This document shows, piece after piece, positions 33,530 through 46,674 of a stretch of 48,310 nucleotides of DNA. The stretch covers positions 464,466 through 512,775 of the forward strand of contig WELB01000009.1 in NCBI GenBank assembly GCA_009602725.1, read 5' to 3'. Position numbers and translations under genes: made by a program. The notes beneath the pieces were generated by a model, which worked only from the letters and a program-made list of their open reading frames with translations, was not told the origin of the DNA and made no database searches. The first letter of the stretch is position 1; each line of letters begins with the position of its first letter. The DNA comes from Spirogloea muscicola (Eukaryota).

Positions 33530-35745
33530 CAGGCTTGCGCAAGCCCCTGGGCAAAACTCATTGAGCATTATACACATGATCCAGATAGAAGCAGTGCTGC
33601 CCTCCGTATCACTGTGCAGAGCATTGCATGAGATGAAGGAATGAATAGACACTCTTCAAGTAATCTCCTCAAGCAGGTAGCCTCCTTCGGTGCTCTGGTC
33701 GTCGCCATGTACTCTATTTTCACGGTCGATTTTGCTACAGTCTGCTGTACTTGACTACCCAACTTATTGCTGCTCCTCCCAGCTCAAAAGCATAGCCTGT
33801 CACTTGATATCTGTCATTCAGACTTCCTGCCCAATCTGGATTACAACAATACTTCTCATCACTTGCAATTCCCCATCTCTTTGGAATGTAAGACAGAAAT
33901 CCTGGCTCCCCTGCAAATATCTCAGTACCCTTTCTACCAACTTGCCTATGTTCCCACTGCACAAATTGAGCGAGCACTCCACCTGCTGCTACTACATCCG
34001 GACTTTCTGATCTACCTCAATATCTGCAGGTTGCTGCTTTTGAAAATACCTGTAGATACTCAATCAGAAAAAGATAAAAATTTCCTTCTGCTCTACTTCC
34101 AAATACTGCTGGATATCAGCTGGAAACACAGAAAGGAGAGTTGGCCCAGGTACATTTTTCAAGTACCATCTAAGCTAGGCATTTGCAGCTGAGCTTCTAC
34201 TTTCCATGTGGCAGGCTGTACATTATCATATCCCAGGAAGATCTGAAAAGGTAATAGCTGACATTTCTGCAAACAGTCTCGTCTACGTGTAAATCAATAG
34301 GAGCAAAACAAAGAAACTCTGTTACAAAATCTGAAAAGCGAGTATGAAAATTGGCTTAGTATATGAAGCAGTCAGACCAGCCAGCTGTCATGTGACGCCT
34401 TTGCCAGTGTGATGAGACAGCGGAGCATGTCTCCAGATTTTCTCCTACTGCCTCCACTACTTAGCCACTTAGCTCAGCACGTTTCTTAAGACAGTCTTTG
34501 ATGACATGCCCAGGTTCACGGCAGTAGTAACATGTCCTAAAAGACACTTGCCGTCCACACCGACCAGAAGACTGGTCTCCCATCTGTTGGCTATGACTCC
34601 CACTCGGCCTCCTCACTTGATGATCGGTCGTTCTGACTGCCTGTGCAGATGCTGGCCGAGCACCTTGCTGATGTGTGGTTGACCTGGACTGCTCCAAGTG
34701 TTGCCCAGGGCCTTGCTCAATCCTCTGTCTGGCCATCAGAGCCGTTTGACTGCCTTGTTGCATCTCCAACATTCGCTCCTTGAGAAGGAGACGAGCCTCC
34801 ACATAGGCCACGGTCAGGTCATCTTCGCTGACCATATGGAACATATCTCGGAGAGCACTGTACTGTGGTGGAAGTCCTCTCAGAATGTGCGTCACCTGCT
34901 GCCTTTCTGTGATGCCCTCTCCAATGGCATGCAGTTGAAGAGCCAACATCTGCACTCTATTCACAAAGTCCTGAACGGGCTCATCCTCCTCCATCCTACA
35001 GTCTCGCAGCTTCATACTCAGATACAATACATTATCAAGCCCTCTGTTCTCATACTTGTTCTTGAGGTGCTCCCAGATCTGACTGGCCAGAGGCTTGTTG
35101 ATGATGCCGATTATCTCCTCATCGGACATGCTTGTCATGAGGATCAATATGGCCAGAGAATTGCGTCTTGAGGAAGGCCGGCAATGACGTCCGTCTCCGG
35201 TGGGCTCTACTGCACTCCAGACATTGCTGACTTGCAGCATCAACTTCATCTTGAATTTCCAGATTGGCCAGTTCGTGTTTGACAGCTTGGGATGGATAGC
35301 GGGTAGCAAGTCGCCTGGTAGGCCCAAGCCCTGGAAATCCTCCTCATCTGGCAGCTCCAGCTGTTGCTGCACTTGATCGCATTCAGCAACCGCAGCTTCT
35401 TCTGTCCTCCGCTCAACGTCCACAACGGGGCGTCTGTCCGTCTCCGCAGGACCATCAGCGCGCTCTCGTCCTGGCGGTCCAGGCGCAGATCCGCTCATGG
35501 TGGCGCAGAGAGAGCGGGCACTCGGTCACACAGCCAGCGCAGGCGCCGCACTCAGAGCTCAGGCACACGGGCACAGAGGCGGCACAGGCTCCGCCCTCAC
35601 TCAGTGGGTGGCAGCCATAGCTAGGGCGCCCCGGAGTAGCGGCGCAATCGCCTCAGACTTAGGATTGGATCTGAGCCCGATGTGGCCGGGGCATCGCACG
35701 GCCCACGACCCGCCAGGCTGAGTCAGAAGGCCACCCAGCCCAATC
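33530..35745 (-). mobile_element. Decayed, internally deleted Ty1/copia LTR retrotransposon
   Basis: Intact-looking gag (below), frameshifted protease motif (LI-TG-RRHMT at about 34388-34420) and copia RNase H remnants at 33568-33977 (DWAG...TGYAFELGGAAISW; QQTVAKSTVKIEYMA). Integrase and most of RT are not recognisable; LTR ends were not resolved. Confidence 0.85.
34461..35498 (-). CDS. gag: Copia-type Gag (UBN2-like domain and CCHC zinc knuckle)
   Basis: 345-aa ORF: KLSNTNWPIWKFKMKLML...IWEHLKNKYE...MEEDEPVQDFV...ILRGLPPQYSAL...CYYCREPGHVIKDC. Confidence 0.9.
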   Translation of the reverse strand: MSGSAPGPPGRERADGPAETDRRPVVDVERRTEEAAVAECDQVQQQLELPDEEDFQGLGLPGDLLPAIHPKLSNTNWPIWKFKMKLMLQVSNVWSAVEPTGDGRHCRPSSRRNSLAILILMTSMSDEEIIGIINKPLASQIWEHLKNKYENRGLDNVLYLSMKLRDCRMEEDEPVQDFVNRVQMLALQLHAIGEGITERQQVTHILRGLPPQYSALRDMFHMVSEDDLTVAYVEARLLLKERMLEMQQGSQTALMARQRIEQGPGQHLEQSRSTTHQQGARPASAQAVRTTDHQVRRPSGSHSQQMGDQSSGRCGRQVSFRTCYYCREPGHVIKDCLKKRAELSG

Positions 35746-35814
35746 CGCTGGTTCACGAAGTTTTCGCGCCGCGATATGTCACTGTTTGCAGGGAGCTCAG
35801 GCTCAAGCTTTGCA

Positions 35815-35975
35815 CCGGAAAGGAGGACTCTTCCAGAAAATGCGTGTATATTAAGAGATGGGGAGGCCATGTGTGGCCAAGTACAAAGGCAAGCACATTG
35901 GACACATTCCAGAAGAGGGCGATGGGCTTGGATTGGCAAGCCCAAAAAAAGAAGGAACAAAGTTTGTAGGGGCTA
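35815..35975 (-). mobile_element. Family B 3' end interrupted by a 68-bp family A 3' end (35839-35906)
   Basis: TTCCAGAA is duplicated at 35831-35838 and 35907-35914; removing the insert restores a continuous family B core. Confidence 0.8.
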
Positions 35976-36007
35976 GAAAAGCGTGAACGCACACAGCGAC
36001 TAACTAA

Positions 36008-36055
36008 GGGCCGGGTTACACCGGGGCTGTCGGCCGCGCCGGTGTAACCCGGCCC
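36008..36055. mobile_element. 48-bp Tourist/PIF-Harbinger-like MITE
   Basis: Perfect 17-bp TIRs GGGCCGGGTTACACCGG (36008-36024 and 36039-36055), 14-bp spacer, flanked by TAA on both sides (36005-36007 and 36056-36058). Confidence 0.75.
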
Positions 36056-36091
36056 TAAGTGGCCATTGGATCATATATCCCCTCAATATCA

Positions 36092-36209
36092 ATATTTTGA
36101 CCCGCGGTTACTGAGCGGGTCATTCTGCTATAGGTTATATAGGTCTTAGATGTGCTTGCCTTTGTACTTGGCCATTTGGCCTTCGTTTGTTTCGAATACA
36201 CGAATTTCT
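36092..36209 (+). mobile_element. Family A 118-bp 3' end with 12-bp TSD
   Basis: CCCTCAATATCA at 36080-36091 and 36210-36221; the insert encodes ILTRGY* plus the 3' UTR. Confidence 0.85.
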
Positions 36210-36221
36210 CCCTCAATATCA

Positions 36222-36475
36222 CCCTGCTGGAGGTGCTCTAATTGGTGGTAGGGCCTCAAAATTTGCCGTCCGTAAATCGGACATCAGTCAGCCACCTCTG
36301 CCTGCTGACCCGTGGTTAGCAAGCGGGTCGGCTTAGCAGCAGGTGTTGTGAGTCCGTAGATGAAGAAAGTGCTTGCTCATAGAGAAAAAGGTTCTTTCCC
36401 CGTGTGAGCCATGCGTAGATGTGCTTGTCTTCGTACTTGACCACTTAGGGCCCTCATCAACAATGCACGTCTTTC
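36222..36475 (+). mobile_element. Degenerate family A 3' end
   Basis: SHLCLLTRG* followed by GCGGGTCGGCTTAGCAGCAGGTG and GATGTGCTTGTCTTCGTACTTGACCAC. Confidence 0.75.
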
Positions 36476-36496
36476 GATCGCAAAATACCCCCTTAG

Positions 36497-37030
36497 CGGT
36501 TGCTCCTGGATGTGATACTCAATGACGCTTTCAAAAACCGGAGCACCCACGTCGACTGTACCTGGCTGGACAACGACCACCGCGGAGCACAATAAGGAGG
36601 AAGGAAGTAAGGAGAGGCACTACAAAGGAAAAGCGCTTCCAGATTGACAGTAGTGGCTGTGAGAAGCCAGCCCAAAAGAAAGTACAAGGTCTGATAGGGC
36701 CGGATGGCGCAAGAAGACCACTTACAAAGACCACCCCCGAAGAGACCACTTCTATCCGTGCTCAATGAACATGTATGTTGGCTTCGACACGACATGCTCC
36801 TCCCTCCTCCAGTATCTGGCCCAGCTAATTGACACGCGTCGTCGCAGTAGGGCTTAGAGATTGGGGTTAGCTTGGGGCACACTAGCATTTTGCAGGCATT
36901 GGTTGCATGTAGCAGAATGCGGCTTTTGCTTCTTCTGCAGCATTCCAAGCTATTGGCTATTCCTCAGCGTGCTGGGCGCACTCTAAGTCAGGCCACTGGC
37001 TCCTATGGCGGTGCTCCAGCCCCCTACTCG
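36497..37030 (+). mobile_element. Family A RLE-domain fragment interrupted by an antisense family B copy (36628-36718)
   Basis: RLLLDVILNDAFK / STVPGWTTTTAEHNKE / KERHYK [insert] YKDHPRRDHFYPCSMNMY...LAQLIDTRRRSR / RAGRTLSQATGSYGGAPAP is collinear with the copy at 740-1270. Confidence 0.8.
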
Positions 37031-37395
37031 TACTTTGTTCATTCTTTTTTGGGCTGGCTTGTCCAGCCCCTCTCCTCAATGGGCGAGCCCTTTCTTCTCC
37101 AGCTCCCCAAGTTAGCCTGTCGAGCTTTGATGTGCTCACTCGTAGGTACTGAGGTCCCTTTTCCAAAGGAAGAGATTCTGCTTCCAGGAGAGGACGGTGG
37201 CTGTGAGAAGAGCAGAAAGCGCGGCCAGATTGACTGGTGGCTGTGAGAGGCCAGCCCAGATAAAGAAGAACTTTGAACAAAGTTCGAAGCACTTCTTCAC
37301 CCTGCATTCACACTGTCACCTAAGCCCCCCTTAGCTAAGACGCGTGTATGAAGAGATGGGGAGGCCATGTGTGGCCAAGTACAAAGCAGGGCTTC
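37031..37395. repeat. Further family B (37031-37100 +, 37180-37295 -) and family A (37340-37388 -) 3' fragments
   Basis: TTTGTTCATTCTTTTTTGGGCTGGCTTGTCCAGCCC; GGCTGTGAGAGGCCAGCCCA; AAGAGATGGGGAGGCCATGTGTGGCCAAGTACAAAG is identical to 35853-35888. Confidence 0.75.
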
Positions 37396-37747
37396 CCTCA
37401 ATGTAGCCCCACTTCTTGGCATTAGCGTTTGCTTGAACAGTGTGTTGGTTGATTGGCCTCACTTTCATTGTCATGCCATGCGAACCGCACGCGTTTCCCC
37501 TTCCGTATGGTGGACGATGGCTGTGAGCGGTCAGCCCCAGAAGTCTGGACTCAAAGACCCCAAAACCCCAAGACCCGACAAGGGTAGCAGGCGGTGCCAT
37601 GCGGTGTCAGTGGTCGTAAGTAGGCCCGGCGCCGCACACCGGCGGCGCCGTGGTAGGCCTTGGTGGTTGCTGCAGCGGCTGCAAGAGGCTGCCGTTCTGG
37701 AAGGGCTTCCTGTGACGGGCAAGAACGGCGCCCCTCAGACGGCCGGC

Positions 37748-40830
<3,083 letters not shown>

Positions 40831-41351
40831 AAGTCGAGGCATGCCGCTTCGCCATTGCTGGTTCTCCACTTCGTCCAGTATCGTAAATTGCTGTTTTTTG
40901 CACTCATACCCAAATCTCAGAGATGGGTACAATTTCCTGGTGTTCCATTGCTAGTTCGTGTGTGCTTATGATTCCCTGAAGCTCTAATTACAAGTCAGTG
41001 TGTGCTGGTGACAATTCGCACTTGGTAAAAAATATGGGTGCAGCATACACATGCTGCACACAAGTGCTCACAGCAGCGCGGTAAGCCCATAAGAAGCATG
41101 GCGGGCCTCCCTATGTGCTCACCTCCGTGGGCAGCTAAGACACGCAAACTCGGTGCCTGCGATGGTAGTGCATGCAAGTGCTCCAGTTCTTGGCCATGAC
41201 GCATCGACTGGGGTACAGCTGGCGCTTCGCTAGACCCAGGCCCCCTGCTCCATGAAGTCTAGCCATGCCCGTGCACTTTGTCACAGTGCCTTTAAAGCAG
41301 CTCATGGAGGTGCTGTGAAGACTGGCATTGACGCCCAAAACAGTTACATTC

Positions 41352-43222
41352 TCAGCCAATGTCATCATCGTCCAGGTTTAGGAGCCGAGCCATGCGCATG
41401 GCAATGCTGGCTGCCTTCCCCCGCCGCTCATCGTCAGGGAGGCCCGCGAGCTGCGCACGCATGCCCGCCATCTCCTGCATCAGCTTCTCCAGGTCCTCCA
41501 CGGCTGCCCCGGGAGATCCCTCCTCCTCATTGTCGCCGTTCACGCAGTCACGGGGCATGTGCGGGCTGCTTGCCACGTCCTCGGCTCCCATGTGGTGCTC
41601 CTCTGCGCCGCCATTTGAGCTGGCGTGCTCGGCAGCAGTGAACTCATGTGTGCTCTGCAGACACATTTTGCCAGTCTTAAAACGCGGACCAAATATGCAG
41701 TGGTAGGAGCTGGCGCTACAGACAATCTCGTCAGCTGTGTGGCATCTGCTATAGCACCCACCAGAAGCTCAGGGGTCTCCTCCGCGTGCTCCATCAGCCG
41801 AGTCTCCATCAAAAGCGGCCCAACTCTGGCTGCTGAAAGCGGACTGGGCCGATGAGCCCCGCCTGCTCCCACTTCACCACCGTCATTCGTCCCTGTACCT
41901 GCATGGTGTGCAAGTATGTCTCAGGTGATGTGACAACGAGTGTGAGTACAGCACCAGCTCTTGTTTGCTTACGTCTGTGTGTCTCACAAGCTGCCAGCAA
42001 ACTTGGGTGCACCCATGCCAAGCCTATTGGAGCTTTGGGTCACACGGAGGTTTGCGAAGCTGACCACGGCCTCGGCCTTTTAACAACATATTGGGCCACA
42101 TGTGCGCTGCCAGAGCGCCTCGTATGCGGGCTAGGCCCTGCTGGTCGCCGTCCACCGACAAGCCTGCAGCAAGTGCGCCAAGAGTGCAGCATGTCAGTCA
42201 GCCAGAGGCTGGCAGCACCCTCAAGTTCTAACATGCATGCAGCTAACTGTATGAGCAAGACCAAAATGGCTGCCAGAGACCGTCAACGGCCAACAACTCA
42301 ATGCTTGCGACAGGAGGGTGCATTGAGGAATTGAATGTCTCCTTGCCCAGTGAAGTGATTTCAATTAGCAACCTTGGTCAAAGGAGCTGTCCAGCGCACT
42401 GGCATCCACGTACTCCACGCCCTTCTCAAGGCACCAGTCAAGGGCGGTGCCACGGGGGCCAGCGACCGGTGCAGAGAGGGGCCTTCCCGAAGCATCGCTG
42501 CGAGGGTCCTGGCATGCAGCATCTGAGCAGGCGGCCCTGTCAGCCTTGTTGCCCACGCAGAGAAGGATGCTGATGCCGGAGAGGTCCGCCGACGCGTATT
42601 CCTGCTGGAGCGCTGCGAATGAATCTGGCTGCCACGGGAACAGCGCAATGCCTGTGAGCAGGACCGACGTTAGCACCGTCGCCTAAGAAAATTGGCGTGC
42701 ATGCTTGGACTCAGCCCTCCACAAGTTGATCATCGAAGGAGCTGATCTCAGGAGCCGATCAGCGGCGACCACAGCTCGCAGGTGCGCGCTCACGTTCGTG
42801 ACGTCAAAGACCATGACGAGCGCCTCGCACGGAGGAGCCGGAGCCCCAGGCCTGCTTCCGGCGCCGGCCTCCTCGACCGTGGCCACGGCGAGCTCCACCT
42901 CGGCGGTGTAGTACTTGTTGTCTATCGTCCACCTGGGCAGGCGGCCGCGAACCAGCAAGAGCAGAGCCTGAGTGCCGGAGGCCGAGCTTGTCGCGGCATG
43001 CCTGCGAGACTGCTGCGCCTCGCATAGCACGACGACGCGCTCTCCGCTGTGCAGGACTGTCGAGGCGGCGCCGGCGCAGCAGCGCTGGCTGCAGCAACCT
43101 GTGCCGCGGGGCAGCTTCGAGTGGCGGCGAAGCCTGCGCGGCGACCGCCACCTCGGCGGCGTCGGCGGCGGCGGCGGCGGCGGCGGCGGAGGCGGCGGCG
43201 GAAGCTTCGGGCGCCTCGTGCT
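41352..43222 (-). CDS. AAGAB: Alpha/gamma-adaptin-binding protein p34 (AAGAB/Irc6-like); first exon not resolved
   Basis: WTIDNKYYTAEV, CEALVMVFDVT, ILLCVGNKAD, LDWCLEKGVEYVDA, LSVDGDQQGLARIRGALAAHMWPNM, and C-terminal EDLEKLMQEMAGMRAQLAGLPDDERRGKAASIAMRMA. 5' coordinate approximate. Confidence 0.88.
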
Positions 43223-43803
43223 GTGATGTTGTCGAAAGCGGCAAATGCCGTCGGTGGGGATGGGGGAACATTCGAGGGGGGGCAACGCAGGCCCCTCCCT
43301 CGCCGCGAACGGCTCAATGGATTAGCGGGTCACTTCCTTATGGAGGCTCGAAATCGGAACCGTGGAGCAATCGGCCCACCCTACCTCTCGCCGCCGGAGC
43401 CGTTGGGCAGCGCTCCGCCGGGGGGCGGGCGCCGCTGACTCGGAGGTCGCCACGTGTCCTCCAGCGAGCGCGCCCTGGATTCGCGCGCGCACCCCCGCTT
43501 CGCGGTCGGCCCCTCGCCCTAGTCGCGGCTGCTGACGGCTGCCGTCAGGAAAGGCGGCCCCCGTTTTCCTCCGCCCTTGGCACCCAAACCCACAACGCCA
43601 AACCCCTAGACACTGGATGCAAGCGCTTGCTTTCGAAAGAAAGCGCGGCCAGATCAACTGGTGGCTTCCAGCCCAGACGAAAGCGNCTCCTCCGCGGCCT
43701 CCCCGTCCCTCCTCCGCGCCTCTCCCTCTCCCTCCCCGCGCGCACCGCCGCCGCCGCGGAGAAGGCCGCTGACTGAGCCGGCGCGGCCGTCGTGGCCGGG
43801 CAG

Positions 43804-46674
43804 GACCTGGTGCGGCGGCTGGAGCTGGCGCGCAAGCTGGCGGGCCACGACGGGTGCGTCAACACCGCCGCCTTCACGCCGTCGGGCGACGGCCTGCTCT
43901 CCGGCTCCGACGACCGCCAGGTCGTCCTCTGGCGCTGGGACGCCGGCCAGCAGGCCGCCAGGTGCGCCGCGCCCGCCCCCCTGGCTCTTGCCATTGCACT
44001 TGGCCACTTTGGCCTCCCAATATCTCAATCTTAAGACGCAAGTTCAATACATTCAAGCAATTGCCATTGCTGCGGCCTCACAATTGGGCTGCGGCTGCGG
44101 GCCGCGCTTGTGCAGCTTCGACAGCGGGCACACGAACAACGTGTTCCAGGCGCGCGCCATGCCCTTCTCGGGCGACCGCACCATCGTCACCTGCGCCGCC
44201 GACGGCCAGGCATGCCCCGCCAGCCCCTCGTTCACGTCGGCCTCGCTCGGCCTTCCACACGAGGCTTCTCCCAGCAGCACTTGTCCAGGCGCTTTGGTCC
44301 TCCAAGAACTCATAAACACTTGGCGCCCCACAGTTCATCCGTGTCTGACGTAGTGCCCAGCGTCTGATGAGGGCGCAGGTCCGGTGTGCTGTGCTGTCGG
44401 ACAAAGGCGGCGCAGAGACGCGGCGGCTGGCCCGGCACCGCGGGCGGGCCCACAAGCTCGCGCTCGACCCCGGCAGCGCCAGCACCTTCTTCAGCACGGG
44501 CGAGGACGGTGTCATTCGCCATGTGCGACATTCTGTCTGATTCAAGACAAACGTTCTCGGCCCTCCTGATGCATGATCATGCAGTATGGTCTTGATTCTT
44601 GTTCCGCTTTGACTTGTGAGACTCGTGCATTGTAGCACATTGAGCTGATTGCATGCGGGGCTGGCTGTGGCAGTTTGACTTGCGGGACCCGAGCGAGAGC
44701 CGCAAGGTGCTCACCTGCCGCCTTCTGAGGGCCGGCGGCGGCGGCGGTGGCGCCCTGGCCAAGCGCGAGCGCGCTCTGGGCCTGAATGCGATCGTCATCA
44801 ACCCGCGCAAGCCCCACCACTTCGCTGTCGGTGGCTCGGACGAGTACGCAAGGGTGTACGACATCCGCAAGCCCCCGCCCTCTCGCGACCTGGACAATCC
44901 CATGGACACGTTTGCACCGGCGCATCTCCGAGAGTCCCAGGCTCGGGTCTGTAACCATGAACGCTCATTGACCTGGCTGAGACTCTAATAGCTTGCATGG
45001 CCTCCAACCTTGCTACTTTTAGGATGTTTGTTCTGCACTAGAAATGTGTCTGACGGTCTCCTGCATATGCCCAGGCAGCATGCTGCGGTCGGCGACCTCT
45101 TGCCGTCTAGCTTTGCTGCGCCTCAGTGATTGTTTCGTGCTCCATTGGCAGGTACACATAACTTGCGTGGCGTACTCGCAGCAGGGCGAGCTCCTGGCCT
45201 CGTACAATGACGAGCTCATTTACATGTTCCAGCCCTGCCATGGCCTGGGGCCCAGCCCATCAAGGCCAGACCCGACTGAGTCCAAGTCGGGGGGGGCAGC
45301 ACAGGCGCAGCAGCAGCAGCCCCAGGTGTTCGAAGGTGCATGTGACATGGATTTGTTCGTTCTTGTACTGGCATATCTTCTAGTGCACTTTAGATTATCC
45401 GCACGAGGATGCTTTGGCATCTGCGTGCCCCCACCGTACACAAAGGAAATTCTCAAACCCAGGACATTACTGGGTGAGTTGGGGCGCAGGCCACCGAAAT
45501 TCAGCGACCGTCAAGGGCGTGAGCTTCTTTGGGCTCGACTCGGAGTACGTAGTGAGCGGGTCGGACTGCGGGCGCATCTTCATGTGGAAGAAGGTGGATG
45601 GCGAGCTTGTGGCGCTGCTCAAGGGCGACGCCCATGTCGTCAACTGCCTCGAGCCGCATCCCTCGGCAATGGTCCTCGCAACGTCAGGCATCGACTCCGA
45701 CGTCAAAATCTGGATGCCGACCGCAGAAGCGCCGCGCTCCCTGCCCCCAAATATCACCAAAGTAAGTGACCAGCTCACATCACTGCCCTCCAGGATGTTG
45801 CTTCCATGTGCTGGCCATATGGTGAGGTGCTCCTGTTCCTGCTCGTGTCGTATTTAGACTCTTTGCTGAGGCTTCAATCCAGGTCTGGTCTTTCCAGCTG
45901 TGGTGCCTATGAAGGTCAGTCTAATTCACCGTGCGTGCACTTTGTTTTGGTATCTAGTACTGACGGAAAGAATACTTTGTGGAAAGCTCACCAGGAACTC
46001 CTGCTGGAATTTGTCCTGCTTCTTGCCCCGTGCCCGTGCGCTATCCCAATTAGTAACGATCTGTGGACATGTCTTACTTTCAGGTCGTTGAAGACAATAG
46101 GAGGGCGAGGAGGGCAGAGCTGTTCACACGCTCGACAGACGCCACGCCCGACTTCATCAGGCACCTGCTGCGCTCACGCCACCGGCTGCTGCAGGAGCTC
46201 GACGAGGAGGACATTGTCCGCTTCCTATTCGAGAGACGGGCCCGCTCAGTGCCCCGGGCTGCATCGAGTCACGAGGACAACGAGGATGTTGAAAATGGGG
46301 ATGCTCACGAGGGAGAGGACGTGGACGAGGACGAGGACGAGGACGGGGACGAGGACGAGGACGAGGATGCAGCATCTGAGGACGAGGACGACTCGGAGGA
46401 CGCTGAGGACGACGATGCGGAGGAAGTGGAGGGGGCTGGCGGTGACAATGGTGGGGGGGACGCAGGGACCCACAGGAGCACGAGCGAGCCAGAGGGCAGC
46501 GGCAGAAGTGACGGCGGCAGGCGGGCACGGAGCAGCGGCGTCGTGGTTGTGGCTGGCAGCGGAGGGCAGCAGCCTGCTGGAGGGGAAGGGGCGACGAGGA
46601 GAAGGGCCAGGCAGGCCGGGAGCAGTGGCGAGGAGGACAATAGGCAGCAGCCGCGAGACTGCCCAATCAGCTGA
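43804..46674 (+). CDS. DCAF8: DDB1- and CUL4-associated factor 8-like WD40 protein with acidic tail; start codon not resolved
   Basis: [21 protein letters not shown]...[44 protein letters not shown]...[39 protein letters not shown]...[11 protein letters not shown]...VVNCLEPHP...[10 protein letters not shown]; last exon 46084-46674 carries an Asp/Glu-rich tract. Confidence 0.92.

Noticed and set aside
43326..43445. LWRLEIG...ADSE|gt as DCAF8 exon 1
   Set aside because: It resembles the expected N-terminus but has no in-frame ATG after the upstream TAG; left unresolved.
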